Under the pieces are notes generated by a model. It searched no databases. It was not told where the DNA came from and saw only the letters and a list, made by a program, of their open reading frames with translations. Source: Chloroflexota bacterium (GTDB taxonomy: Bacteria > Chloroflexota > Dehalococcoidia > Lucifugimonadales > Australimonadaceae). From it: a stretch of DNA of 32,106 bases. Below, one piece after another: positions 17,470-24,220 of the stretch (position 1 is its first letter; the number at the start of each line of letters is the position of its first letter). The DNA lies in contig JAPOOH010000033.1 in the NCBI GenBank assembly GCA_026713505.1, positions 1 through 32,106 on the forward strand, given 5' to 3'. Both the position numbers and the translations under genes were made by a program.

Positions 17470-18441
17470 ATGCGCATCGCCGTACTGGACGACTACCAGG
17501 GCATAGCCCATGAACTCGCGGACTGGGACTCGATACCTGACGCGGAGGTGACATTCTTCCACGAGGCGGTCCCAGTCGAGGAGATGCCCGAACGCCTCGC
17601 CCCGTTCGACGTGGTCCAGATGATGCGGGAACGCACGCCGATACCCGCGTCCGTGCTGCGCCAACTGCCGAACCTGAAGCTGCTCTCCGGCACGGGGCGC
17701 CGCCAGCCCCATGTTGACGGAGTGGAGGCGGGCAAGCTTGGTATCCCGGTCACGGGAACCGACGGCGCCGGCGACTCCACGCCGGAGCTCGTCTGGGGAC
17801 TCATCATCGGGGTCACACGGCACATCGGGTGGGAGGACCAGCGCATGCGCGAGGGCAGGTGGCAGACCCGGCTGGGCTTTGGGCTCGCGGGCAGGACGCT
17901 CGGCATCCTGGGGATGGGCCGCATCGGCACGAAGATCGCCGTCAGCGCCCAGCAGACGTTCGGCATGAACGTCATCGCCTGGGGGCCGACGCTCACGCCG
18001 GAGCGGGCGGCGGCGAGCGGAGTGACCTACGTCCCCTGGAATGAACTCTTCTCGCAGGCCGACGTTCTGACCATCCACGTGCCGTTGACCGACCTGAGTC
18101 GGGGTTGGGTCACTGAGCGTGAACTCGGCCTGATGCAGCCTTCCGCGTTCCTCGTGAACACGTCACGCGGACCCATCGTGCGGGAGGAAGCACTGATTCA
18201 GGCGCTCCGGGAGCGGCGCATCGCCGGCGCGGCGCTCGACGTTTACGATGTCGAGCCGCTGCCGGCGGACCACCCGCTGCTCGAGCTCGACAACGTGCTC
18301 ATGACGCCGCATCTGGGCTATGCAACACTGGACAGCCTTGAAGCCTTCTACCGGAACGCGGTGGACAACATCAACGCGTGGGCGGCAGGTGAGCCGGTGA
18401 ACGTGCTGAACGGAGACTCACTCACTGAGCTTCGCCGCTAG
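17470..18441 (+). CDS. D-isomer-specific 2-hydroxyacid dehydrogenase family, NAD-binding
   Basis: The Rossmann motif is GRTLGILGMGRIGTKIA. Catalytic-region motifs are LVNTSRGPIV, LDVYDVEP and TPHLGYAT. The gene starts 8 nt after the preceding stop. Confidence 0.85.
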   Translation: MRIAVLDDYQGIAHELADWDSIPDAEVTFFHEAVPVEEMPERLAPFDVVQMMRERTPIPASVLRQLPNLKLLSGTGRRQPHVDGVEAGKLGIPVTGTDGAGDSTPELVWGLIIGVTRHIGWEDQRMREGRWQTRLGFGLAGRTLGILGMGRIGTKIAVSAQQTFGMNVIAWGPTLTPERAAASGVTYVPWNELFSQADVLTIHVPLTDLSRGWVTERELGLMQPSAFLVNTSRGPIVREEALIQALRERRIAGAALDVYDVEPLPADHPLLELDNVLMTPHLGYATLDSLEAFYRNAVDNINAWAAGEPVNVLNGDSLTELRR

Positions 18442-19436
18442 TTGCGGCGATGGGCGAGGTAGTCGACGAGCGCTTCGAGCGATTGCCGGGCCCGGGCATC
18501 GGGCAACGTCGCAACGGCAGTACGCGCGGCGTTCCGGTAGCCTTCCAGTTGTGCCAGCGTCTCGTCAATCGCGGACGAATTGCGCACGAACTCCACCATC
18601 GTCGTGAGGTCGCCTTCGTCGCGGCTGCCGTCCCGCAGGCGGCGCACCACAGCCTCGTCGGGATGACTTGCGGCGAATAGCAGCGCGGGCAGCGTGAGCG
18701 TCCCCTGCAGGAGGTCGTTCCCTACGGGCTTGCCCAACTCCTCCTCGTTGCTCGTGAAGTCGAGCACGTCGTCCACAATCTGAAAGGCCATGCCCACGTT
18801 GTACCCGAACGAGCGCAACGCCTGTGACTCCGCCTCCGGCGCGCCGCTCAGCACCCCGCCGGACTCTGCCGCTGTGCAGATCAGCGAGGCGGTCTTGTCA
18901 TAGATGCGCCGCTCGTAGTCCGCCGACGTCTGTGCCCAATCGTGCTTGCTGAGTCGCTCCGTGAGTTCGCCGCGCGCCAACTCCATGATCGTCTCCGCGA
19001 AGCGGCGCACAACGCGGATGTTCTCCGTATCGCAGACGAACGTGGCCGACGCCGCGAACACGTAGTCGCCCAGCAGCACCGCCATATCGTCGCCCCACAG
19101 CCTGCTCACCGTGGCACGACCACGGCGCTTCTCGGAGTGGTCGACCGTATCGTCGTGGATGAGCGAGGCGATGTGCAGCAGTTCCACCGCGGTGGCCATC
19201 TTGACCAGCCTCTCCTCCTCGCCCGGGCGCAGTGCCCCGGCGAGGAGCGTTATCGTAGGGCGCACCAGCTTGCCGCCGCCCTCCACGACATGCGCGACCA
19301 TCTCTCGAGGTACTCCGGAACTCTCCGCAAGGCTGCCGAGGTTCCCCATGACCAGATCGAGGCCGTCGAACACGGGTTCGTAGATGTACCGCGCCTGTTC
19401 GTCCAGCCGGTTGCGTACCGTAAGCGTCTCGGTCAT
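18438..19436 (-). CDS. polyprenyl diphosphate synthase (trans-isoprenyl, long-chain type)
   Basis: The first Asp-rich motif is LIHDDTVDHSEKRRGRAT and the second is FQIVDDVLDF. The start is set at ATG 19436 (MTETLTV...), preceded by GGAAGGGA. The upstream extension in the track overlaps metG and is rejected. Confidence 0.9.
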   Translation of the reverse strand: MTETLTVRNRLDEQARYIYEPVFDGLDLVMGNLGSLAESSGVPREMVAHVVEGGGKLVRPTITLLAGALRPGEEERLVKMATAVELLHIASLIHDDTVDHSEKRRGRATVSRLWGDDMAVLLGDYVFAASATFVCDTENIRVVRRFAETIMELARGELTERLSKHDWAQTSADYERRIYDKTASLICTAAESGGVLSGAPEAESQALRSFGYNVGMAFQIVDDVLDFTSNEEELGKPVGNDLLQGTLTLPALLFAASHPDEAVVRRLRDGSRDEGDLTTMVEFVRNSSAIDETLAQLEGYRNAARTAVATLPDARARQSLEALVDYLAHRRN

Positions 19437-19447
19437 ATTCCCTTCCG

Positions 19448-21115
19448 CTATCCCATCTGGGCCAGCATCTCGGTGGCCACGGAGTCGTCCAGTTTCGTGA
19501 AGAGCGGGGTGGGTTCGGGCAACGGAGCGCCCGGTTCGCTGCTCTCGAACCGCCAGCCCACGTCCTGCACGCGGCCTTCCCTGCCGAGCAGTTCGTGGAG
19601 GCGTTGCGTGCTGAACGGAAGGAACGGGTGAAGCGTCACCCGCAGCGCCATGAGCGCCTGCATCGCCGTGTACAACGTACGACCTGCGGCGGCCTTGTCG
19701 CTCTTCACCTGCTTCCATGGCGCTTGCGCGTCAAGGTAGCGGTTCGCCTCGCGCGCCAGCGCCATCGAGGCGTTCAGCGCCTCCCGCAGCCGTACCGCCT
19801 CCAGCGATTCGGCAACCGCGTCCATGGCTGTCTTCGCCTTGCCGATGAGTTCCTCGTCAGCCTGGCCAAGTTCTCCGGGTTCCGGCACGCACTTCTTGAA
19901 GTTGCGGTAGACCTGCGTCAATATCCGGTGCACGAGGTTCCCGAATGTCGCGACGAGTTCGTCGTTGTTGCGGCGCACGTATTCGCTCCACGTGAAGTCG
20001 GCGTCGCTCGTCTCGGGCAGGTTGGCTGCAAGGTGGTACCGCAGTGGGTCCGGCGGGAAGCGGTCCAGGTAGTCCGGCACCCAGACAGCCCAGTTGCGGC
20101 TCGTGGAGAGCTGACGCCCCTCCAGGTTCAGGAACTCGTTGGCTGGCACGTCGTACGGGAGGAGGTAAGCCGCCTGTCCCAGCAGCATCGCCGGCCAGAT
20201 GATGGTGTGGAAAGGAATGTTGTCTTTGCCGACGAAGTAGTAGGCGCGCGTGGACGGGTCCTCCCAGAAGGGACGCCACGCGTCCGGCTCGCCCTTGAGC
20301 GCCGCCCACTCCACGCTGGCGGAGAGGTAACCGATGACCGCCTCGAACCAGACGTAGATGCGGCGGTCCTCGTAGCCTTCCGCCGGCACCGGCAGGCCCC
20401 AGTCCAGGTTGCGCGTTATGGCGCGGTCCTTCAGTCCCTCACGCAGGAATCCCAGCGTGAAGTTGCGAACGTTGGGACGCCAGTGCCGCTGCTCTTCCAC
20501 CCACTGGGTGAGTTGGTCGCGGAAGGCGCTCAGCCGCAGGAACTGGTGCTCGGTGTCACGAATCTCGACCGGGTATCGTTCCCCGTCCACGTTGTACGCC
20601 GGGTTACCGAGGTCCACCGGATCGAGGATGGAGCCGCAGTTGTCGCACTGGTCGCCGCGGGCGTCCTCGAACTGGCAACTGGGGCAGACGCCGCGGACGT
20701 AGCGGTCAGGCAGGAAGCGGTCGAATTCCGGCGAGTACGCTACCTTCATGCTCGACTCGTAGATGTACCCCTCCGCCTGAAGCGCCCGCCAGAGGTCGTG
20801 CGTGACCTCCCGGTGGTTGTCGGTCATGGTCGTCGTGAAGAGGTCGAATGAGATACCGAGCCGCTCCCATGATTCGAGGAACGAGGCGTGGTAACGCTCG
20901 ACCACCTCCCTCGGAGGGACGCCCTCAGCGTCCGCGCGCATAGTGATCGGCGCGCCGTGGGAGTCGCTGCCGGACACCATGAGTACGTCGTTCCCGCGCA
21001 TGCGGTGGTAGCGGGCAAAGACATCCGCGGGAAGGTAGGCTCCAGCGATGTGACCGAGATGCAGCGGGCCGTTGGCATAGGGCCAGGCGACCCCTATGAG
21101 GATGCGTTCAGGCAT
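19448..21115 (-). CDS. metG: methionine--tRNA ligase (short form, no C-terminal tRNA-binding domain)
   Basis: The HIGH region is PYANGPLHLGHIAG. The zinc knuckle is CPSCQFEDARGDQCDNCGS. The KMSKS-equivalent is QLSTSRNW. The protein is 555 aa. Confidence 0.95.
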   Translation of the reverse strand: MPERILIGVAWPYANGPLHLGHIAGAYLPADVFARYHRMRGNDVLMVSGSDSHGAPITMRADAEGVPPREVVERYHASFLESWERLGISFDLFTTTMTDNHREVTHDLWRALQAEGYIYESSMKVAYSPEFDRFLPDRYVRGVCPSCQFEDARGDQCDNCGSILDPVDLGNPAYNVDGERYPVEIRDTEHQFLRLSAFRDQLTQWVEEQRHWRPNVRNFTLGFLREGLKDRAITRNLDWGLPVPAEGYEDRRIYVWFEAVIGYLSASVEWAALKGEPDAWRPFWEDPSTRAYYFVGKDNIPFHTIIWPAMLLGQAAYLLPYDVPANEFLNLEGRQLSTSRNWAVWVPDYLDRFPPDPLRYHLAANLPETSDADFTWSEYVRRNNDELVATFGNLVHRILTQVYRNFKKCVPEPGELGQADEELIGKAKTAMDAVAESLEAVRLREALNASMALAREANRYLDAQAPWKQVKSDKAAAGRTLYTAMQALMALRVTLHPFLPFSTQRLHELLGREGRVQDVGWRFESSEPGAPLPEPTPLFTKLDDSVATEMLAQMG

Positions 21116-21210
21116 GGATTACTCTCACGCATTCTAGCAGTCCCAGAATCTGGGTGCCGGAGTCGCCATTCGGCGCGCAGACCCCGCGTCGTAGCCGGCG
21201 GGATGTGCGG

Positions 21211-22032
21211 TTATTCCGGCTCCCACGCCGCATAGGCCGTGCGGCGCGGCACGCGCAGTTGGGCCGACACCTGCACTGCGGCATCTCGCCGGCCCAGCCC
21301 GGAGGCACGCGCAACAGCCATCGCCTCCGCGATGCGCTCCGCCGATGGTGGTTCGCCGGGCGGAGCATCCGGGGCTCCTTCCACGACCAGTGTGAACTCC
21401 CCTCGTGGCGCGTCGAAGTAGGTGACCGCCTGCTGGACCGTCCCCCGAAAGACCTCCTCGTGCGCTTTGGTCATCTCCCGGCATACAGCAACACGCCTGT
21501 CACCGAGCGTCTCTTCGATGTCAGCGAGCGTCGCCAGCAACCGGTGGGGCGCCTCGAAGAGCACCAGCGTCGCTCGCAGCGAAGACGCCTCTGTGAGAAC
21601 GGTGCGGCGAGCCTTCGCCGTCCGCGGCAGGAATCCCAGGAAGTGAAAGGCGTCCGCCGGAAACCCTGCTATGGCCAGGGCTGCGGTGACTGCGGACGGC
21701 CCCGGCACGCTCACGACGCCGAATCCGGCCCGGGCGGCTTCGGTAACGAGTCCCGCGCCGGGATCGCTCACCCCTGGTGCGCCCGCGTCCGTCACGAGCG
21801 CCACGTCTCCCTCCCTCAACGCGTTGAGCAACGCGGGCATCCGCTGCCGCGCGTTGTGCTGGTTGTAGCTCATCGTGCGTGTCGACACGCCGAGGTGGCT
21901 GAGCAGCTTCCGCGTCCGCCGCGTGTCCTCCGCGGCGATCAATAGCACCTCTCCGAGCAAACGTGCGGCGCGAGGCGTGAGATCTTCGAGGTTCCCTATA
22001 GGGGTCGCAACGACGTAGAGCGTTCCGCTCAC
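21211..22032 (-). CDS. rsmI: 16S rRNA (cytidine1402-2'-O)-methyltransferase RsmI
   Basis: GTLYVVATPIGNLEDLTPRAARLLGEVLLIAAEDTRRTRKLL is the tetrapyrrole-methylase-fold RsmI N-terminus. The GTG start overlaps the upstream stop (GTGA). Confidence 0.92.
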   Translation of the reverse strand: MSGTLYVVATPIGNLEDLTPRAARLLGEVLLIAAEDTRRTRKLLSHLGVSTRTMSYNQHNARQRMPALLNALREGDVALVTDAGAPGVSDPGAGLVTEAARAGFGVVSVPGPSAVTAALAIAGFPADAFHFLGFLPRTAKARRTVLTEASSLRATLVLFEAPHRLLATLADIEETLGDRRVAVCREMTKAHEEVFRGTVQQAVTYFDAPRGEFTLVVEGAPDAPPGEPPSAERIAEAMAVARASGLGRRDAAVQVSAQLRVPRRTAYAAWEPE

Positions 22033-22502
22033 GGCGCAACCTGGGGCTGCTGGGCGCTCGACACTGACACGGTCACCCCCTCACCGCCCATGGTCGTCGC
22101 ATCGGGAAGGCGCTGGACCAGCAATGTGTTGAAGTTCGAATCGTCGTAGTCCCAGCGCGGGATGTCCCGCGGGTTTATCTGTGCAGGGCAGAAGAGACCG
22201 GCGGCCAGGGCATCGATAACGGGCTTCACGAAGTTATCCAGATCCAGTCGCTGGTTGCCGTGGTTCGGAGGGTAGAAGGTGAATGCAAGCGTAACCGCGT
22301 AAGTATCGGCAGTCTTCCATGGCTCTCCGCCTCGTACAGCCTTGACTGCGGATGCAACGCGCACCTTCCACGCCTGGAGCGCTTGCGCTCGCTCTGTGAT
22401 GGAGTTGATGGCACTGCCATTCACCCGAACCGACAACGGTGGCCTCGCAGGCCTCGCGAATTCGACCACCCCGTCTCTGAGCACCAAGTCGTCGTCCGTC
22501 AT
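22029..22502 (-). CDS. RusA-family (Holliday-junction resolvase-like) protein, putative
   Basis: In this 157-aa protein, ...AVTLAFTFYPPNHGNQRLDLDNFVKPVIDALAAGLF...WDYDDSNFNTLLVQRL matches the RusA core pattern (beta strand, D-x-D-N-x2-K-x3-D-A-L, later DD; compare E. coli RusA [28 protein letters not shown]). The SD GAGGGA lies 4 nt before the ATG. The call rests on recalled motif similarity, not on a database search. Confidence 0.5.
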   Translation of the reverse strand: MTDDDLVLRDGVVEFARPARPPLSVRVNGSAINSITERAQALQAWKVRVASAVKAVRGGEPWKTADTYAVTLAFTFYPPNHGNQRLDLDNFVKPVIDALAAGLFCPAQINPRDIPRWDYDDSNFNTLLVQRLPDATTMGGEGVTVSVSSAQQPQVAP

Positions 22503-22526
22503 GCATCCCTCATTTCGACGGGCCGG

Positions 22527-22559
22527 GTTCTATAATCAGCCCTTGTCGGATTGTAGAAC
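22527..22559. promoter_or_regulatory. 11-bp imperfect inverted repeat GTTCTATAATC-N11-GATTGTAGAAC in the divergent RusA-like/acyl-CoA dehydrogenase intergenic region; contains TATAAT (+) and TACAAT (-)
   Basis: The arms at 22527-22537 and 22549-22559 are complementary at 10 of 11 positions. This is an AT-rich island in GC-rich DNA. Each arm carries a -10-like hexamer pointing towards the other arm. Confidence 0.5.
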
Positions 22560-22573
22560 GAAAGGAGCACACG

Positions 22574-23731
22574 ATGGACGCGCTGTACACGGAAGAGGAG
22601 CGGCTGCTGCGAAACACCATGCGCGAGTTCGCCGACGCGGAGCTCGCCCCGAACGCCGCTCGCTGGGACGAGAACGAGGAGTTCCCCTGGGAGAGCGTCG
22701 AGGCCATGAAACGCATGGGCCTCATGGGGATGACCGCGAAGACGGCCCATGGCGGTGAGGGAGCATCCTACGCTGAGCTTGCCATCGCCGCCGAAGAGGT
22801 CGCGCGCGCCTGCATGACCTCCAGCACGACGCTCCTCGCCCATCTCTCCCTGGGCGTCTCCACGATCGACCGCTTCTGCAACGGCGAGCAGGCGGAGCGC
22901 TTCCTCCCGGCTGCGTGCGCGGGCGACAAGATCGTGGCGTGGGCGCTCTCCGAGCCCAGCTCTGGCAGCGACGCCGCCGACATGCAGACCACCGCCGTCC
23001 ACAACGGCAACGGTGCGTACGTGCTCAACGGCTCCAAGATATTCATCACCAACGCGGAGCAGTCCGGCCTCATGGTCGTCTTTACCGCAACCGACCGCTC
23101 GAAGGGCTACCGGGGAACGACCGCGTTCGTCGTCGAGAGCGACAGCCCGGGCATCGAGATGCGCGGCATGCACGGCAAGCTCGGCATCCGCGGCTCCGGT
23201 ACCGCCGAGGTCTATTTCAACGACGTACACGTTCCCGTGGACAACCGCCTGGGCGAGGAAGGCGAGGGCTTCCGCATCGCGATGACCATCCTGGACTCCA
23301 GCCGCATCTCACTCGCCACGCAGTCGGTGGGGCTCGCACAGGGCGCGTTCGAGGCAGCCATCCGCTACACGCAGCAGCGCGAGACGTTCGGTCAACTGCT
23401 CAAGGAGCGTCAGGCCATCCAGTTCATGCTCGCGGACATGGCTACCCAGATCGACGCCGCGCGGCTGTTCACCAGGCGCGCCGCCCAACTGAAGGACGCG
23501 GGGCTTCCCCACACCCGCGAGTCCGCCATGGCGAAGCTGTACGCTTCCGAGGCCGCCCACTTCTGCGTCGACAGGGCTGTCCAGATTTTCGGGGGCTACG
23601 GATTCTTCAAGGAGAACCCGGTCGAGCGCATGTACCGTGACCAGCGCATCACTGAGATCTACGAGGGCACATCGGAGGTTCAGCGCATCGTCATCGCACG
23701 CAGCCTGCTCAAGGAGTACGCGATCGAGTAG
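22574..23731 (+). CDS. acyl-CoA dehydrogenase (short/branched-chain type)
   Basis: The SD AAAGGAG (22561-22567) precedes the ATG. WALSEPSSGSDAA, NGSKIFITNA, FGGYGF and the catalytic-base region RITEIYEGTSEVQR are typical ACAD motifs. The protein is 385 aa. Confidence 0.92.
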   Translation: MDALYTEEERLLRNTMREFADAELAPNAARWDENEEFPWESVEAMKRMGLMGMTAKTAHGGEGASYAELAIAAEEVARACMTSSTTLLAHLSLGVSTIDRFCNGEQAERFLPAACAGDKIVAWALSEPSSGSDAADMQTTAVHNGNGAYVLNGSKIFITNAEQSGLMVVFTATDRSKGYRGTTAFVVESDSPGIEMRGMHGKLGIRGSGTAEVYFNDVHVPVDNRLGEEGEGFRIAMTILDSSRISLATQSVGLAQGAFEAAIRYTQQRETFGQLLKERQAIQFMLADMATQIDAARLFTRRAAQLKDAGLPHTRESAMAKLYASEAAHFCVDRAVQIFGGYGFFKENPVERMYRDQRITEIYEGTSEVQRIVIARSLLKEYAIE

Positions 23732-23964
23732 CGGCGTTTTCCACGATGAGAGTGCTGCGTTCATAGCCCCTCCTTACCGCTCCGATTCTCCGCAGGGATG
23801 CGACGGAGGCAATCAGTCCAGGGCCGAACATCACTCGCCTCCCCACCGCGACATCCGCCCCTTACGCCGCCGCCCATCCCTGTCCTACCATGTTTCGGTC
23901 GGTTGGGCCCCCCGGCCACGCCCGCAGGCGGCTCCGCCCGGTGACCACGGTTCTGGTCAGAGGT

Positions 23965-24127
23965 GGAATGAGCACGAATGAGCCTAGATGAGCCACTTAT
24001 TCCAACGTTTTCGATCGCTCACGCCTGAGGCCCCGTCCGCACGAATGGAACGGCGTGCTCATTCCGGGTTATCTGTGCTCAGAAGCGTGCTGGCAGCGCT
24101 CATTAGCTGTCCTTCGCTGCTCATTCG
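23965..24127. repeat. array of GAATGAGC / GCTCATTC core repeats: three head-to-tail 10-bp copies followed by phased inverted copies
   Basis: Direct copies: AATGAGC at 23967-23973 and 23977-23983, and GATGAGC at 23987-23993. Inverted copies: GTGCTCATTCC at 24055-24065 (perfect complement of 23965-23975), GCTCATTAG at 24098-24106, and GCTCATTCG at 24119-24127 (perfect complement of 23975-23983). Weaker GCTCA copies lie at 24017 and 24077. Confidence 0.8.
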
Positions 24128-24184
24128 AGTTCCATGGGCTCTCCTCGGGGGAGCGGCTCGTTCAGAATGTTCTGGGTTGGCCGC

Positions 24185-24214
24185 CTGACGCGGTTGCCCG
24201 AAATGCGCTACTAT
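24185..24214 (+). promoter_or_regulatory. candidate promoter for a leaderless mce transcript: -35 CTGACG, 18-nt spacer, -10 TACTAT
   Basis: TACTAT (24209-24214) ends 6 nt before the ATG at 24221. There is no SD in the gap ccagac. The -35 matches TTGACA at 4 of 6 positions. Confidence 0.5.
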
Positions 24215-24220
24215 CCAGAC

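Noticed and set aside
21116-21210. A T-box or tRNA-like element or tRNA gene in the rsmI-metG spacer. Other short spacers were also scanned for tRNAs.
   Set aside because: The spacer is only 95 nt, with a small CCCAGA-ATC-TGGG hairpin and a TAGAAT -10-like box. There is no T-loop (GTTCGAATC-type) or specifier/T-box sequence. No tRNA-like cloverleaf signatures were seen in any intergenic region.
23309-23764. A 151-aa minus-strand ORF whose ATG (23764) is preceded by a textbook SD (AAGGAGG, 4-nt spacer).
   Set aside because: Apart from the first about 11 codons, it is entirely antisense to the well-conserved 3' end of the acyl-CoA dehydrogenase. It translates to generic Leu/Arg/Asp/Ala-rich sequence. 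The SD-like element is the complement of a CCTCC tract in the C-rich spacer. It would be worth a glance in Ribo-seq data, but is not supported as a gene.
23965-23994. The tandem 10-bp repeats considered as a CRISPR array or minisatellite.
   Set aside because: There are only three units of 10 bp with no spacers. The unit is far too short for CRISPR repeats, and no cas genes lie nearby.
23988-24188. A 66-aa plus-strand ORF inside the repeat array. Each of the three tandem repeats supplies an ATG, in all three frames.
   Set aside because: The first two ATGs give only 7- and 16-codon ORFs. The third has no SD, has low-complexity sequence, and owes its periodic features to the DNA repeats themselves. 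No coding signature is evident.
23732-24220. A possible adenosylcobalamin riboswitch upstream of the epimerase and B12-binding mutase genes.
   Set aside because: I could not find the conserved B12-box or core elements. B12 riboswitches normally control B12 supply or B12-independent isozymes, not B12-dependent enzymes. The predicted promoter also places the transcription start at the mce ATG. A cmsearch with Rfam RF00174 would settle this.
24134-24220. The longer start for the epimerase (track ORF 24134).
   Set aside because: The extra 29 residues (MGSPRGSGSFRMFWVGRLTRLPEMRYYPD) have no counterpart in epimerases and would cover the predicted promoter. ATG 24221 gives the normal length.
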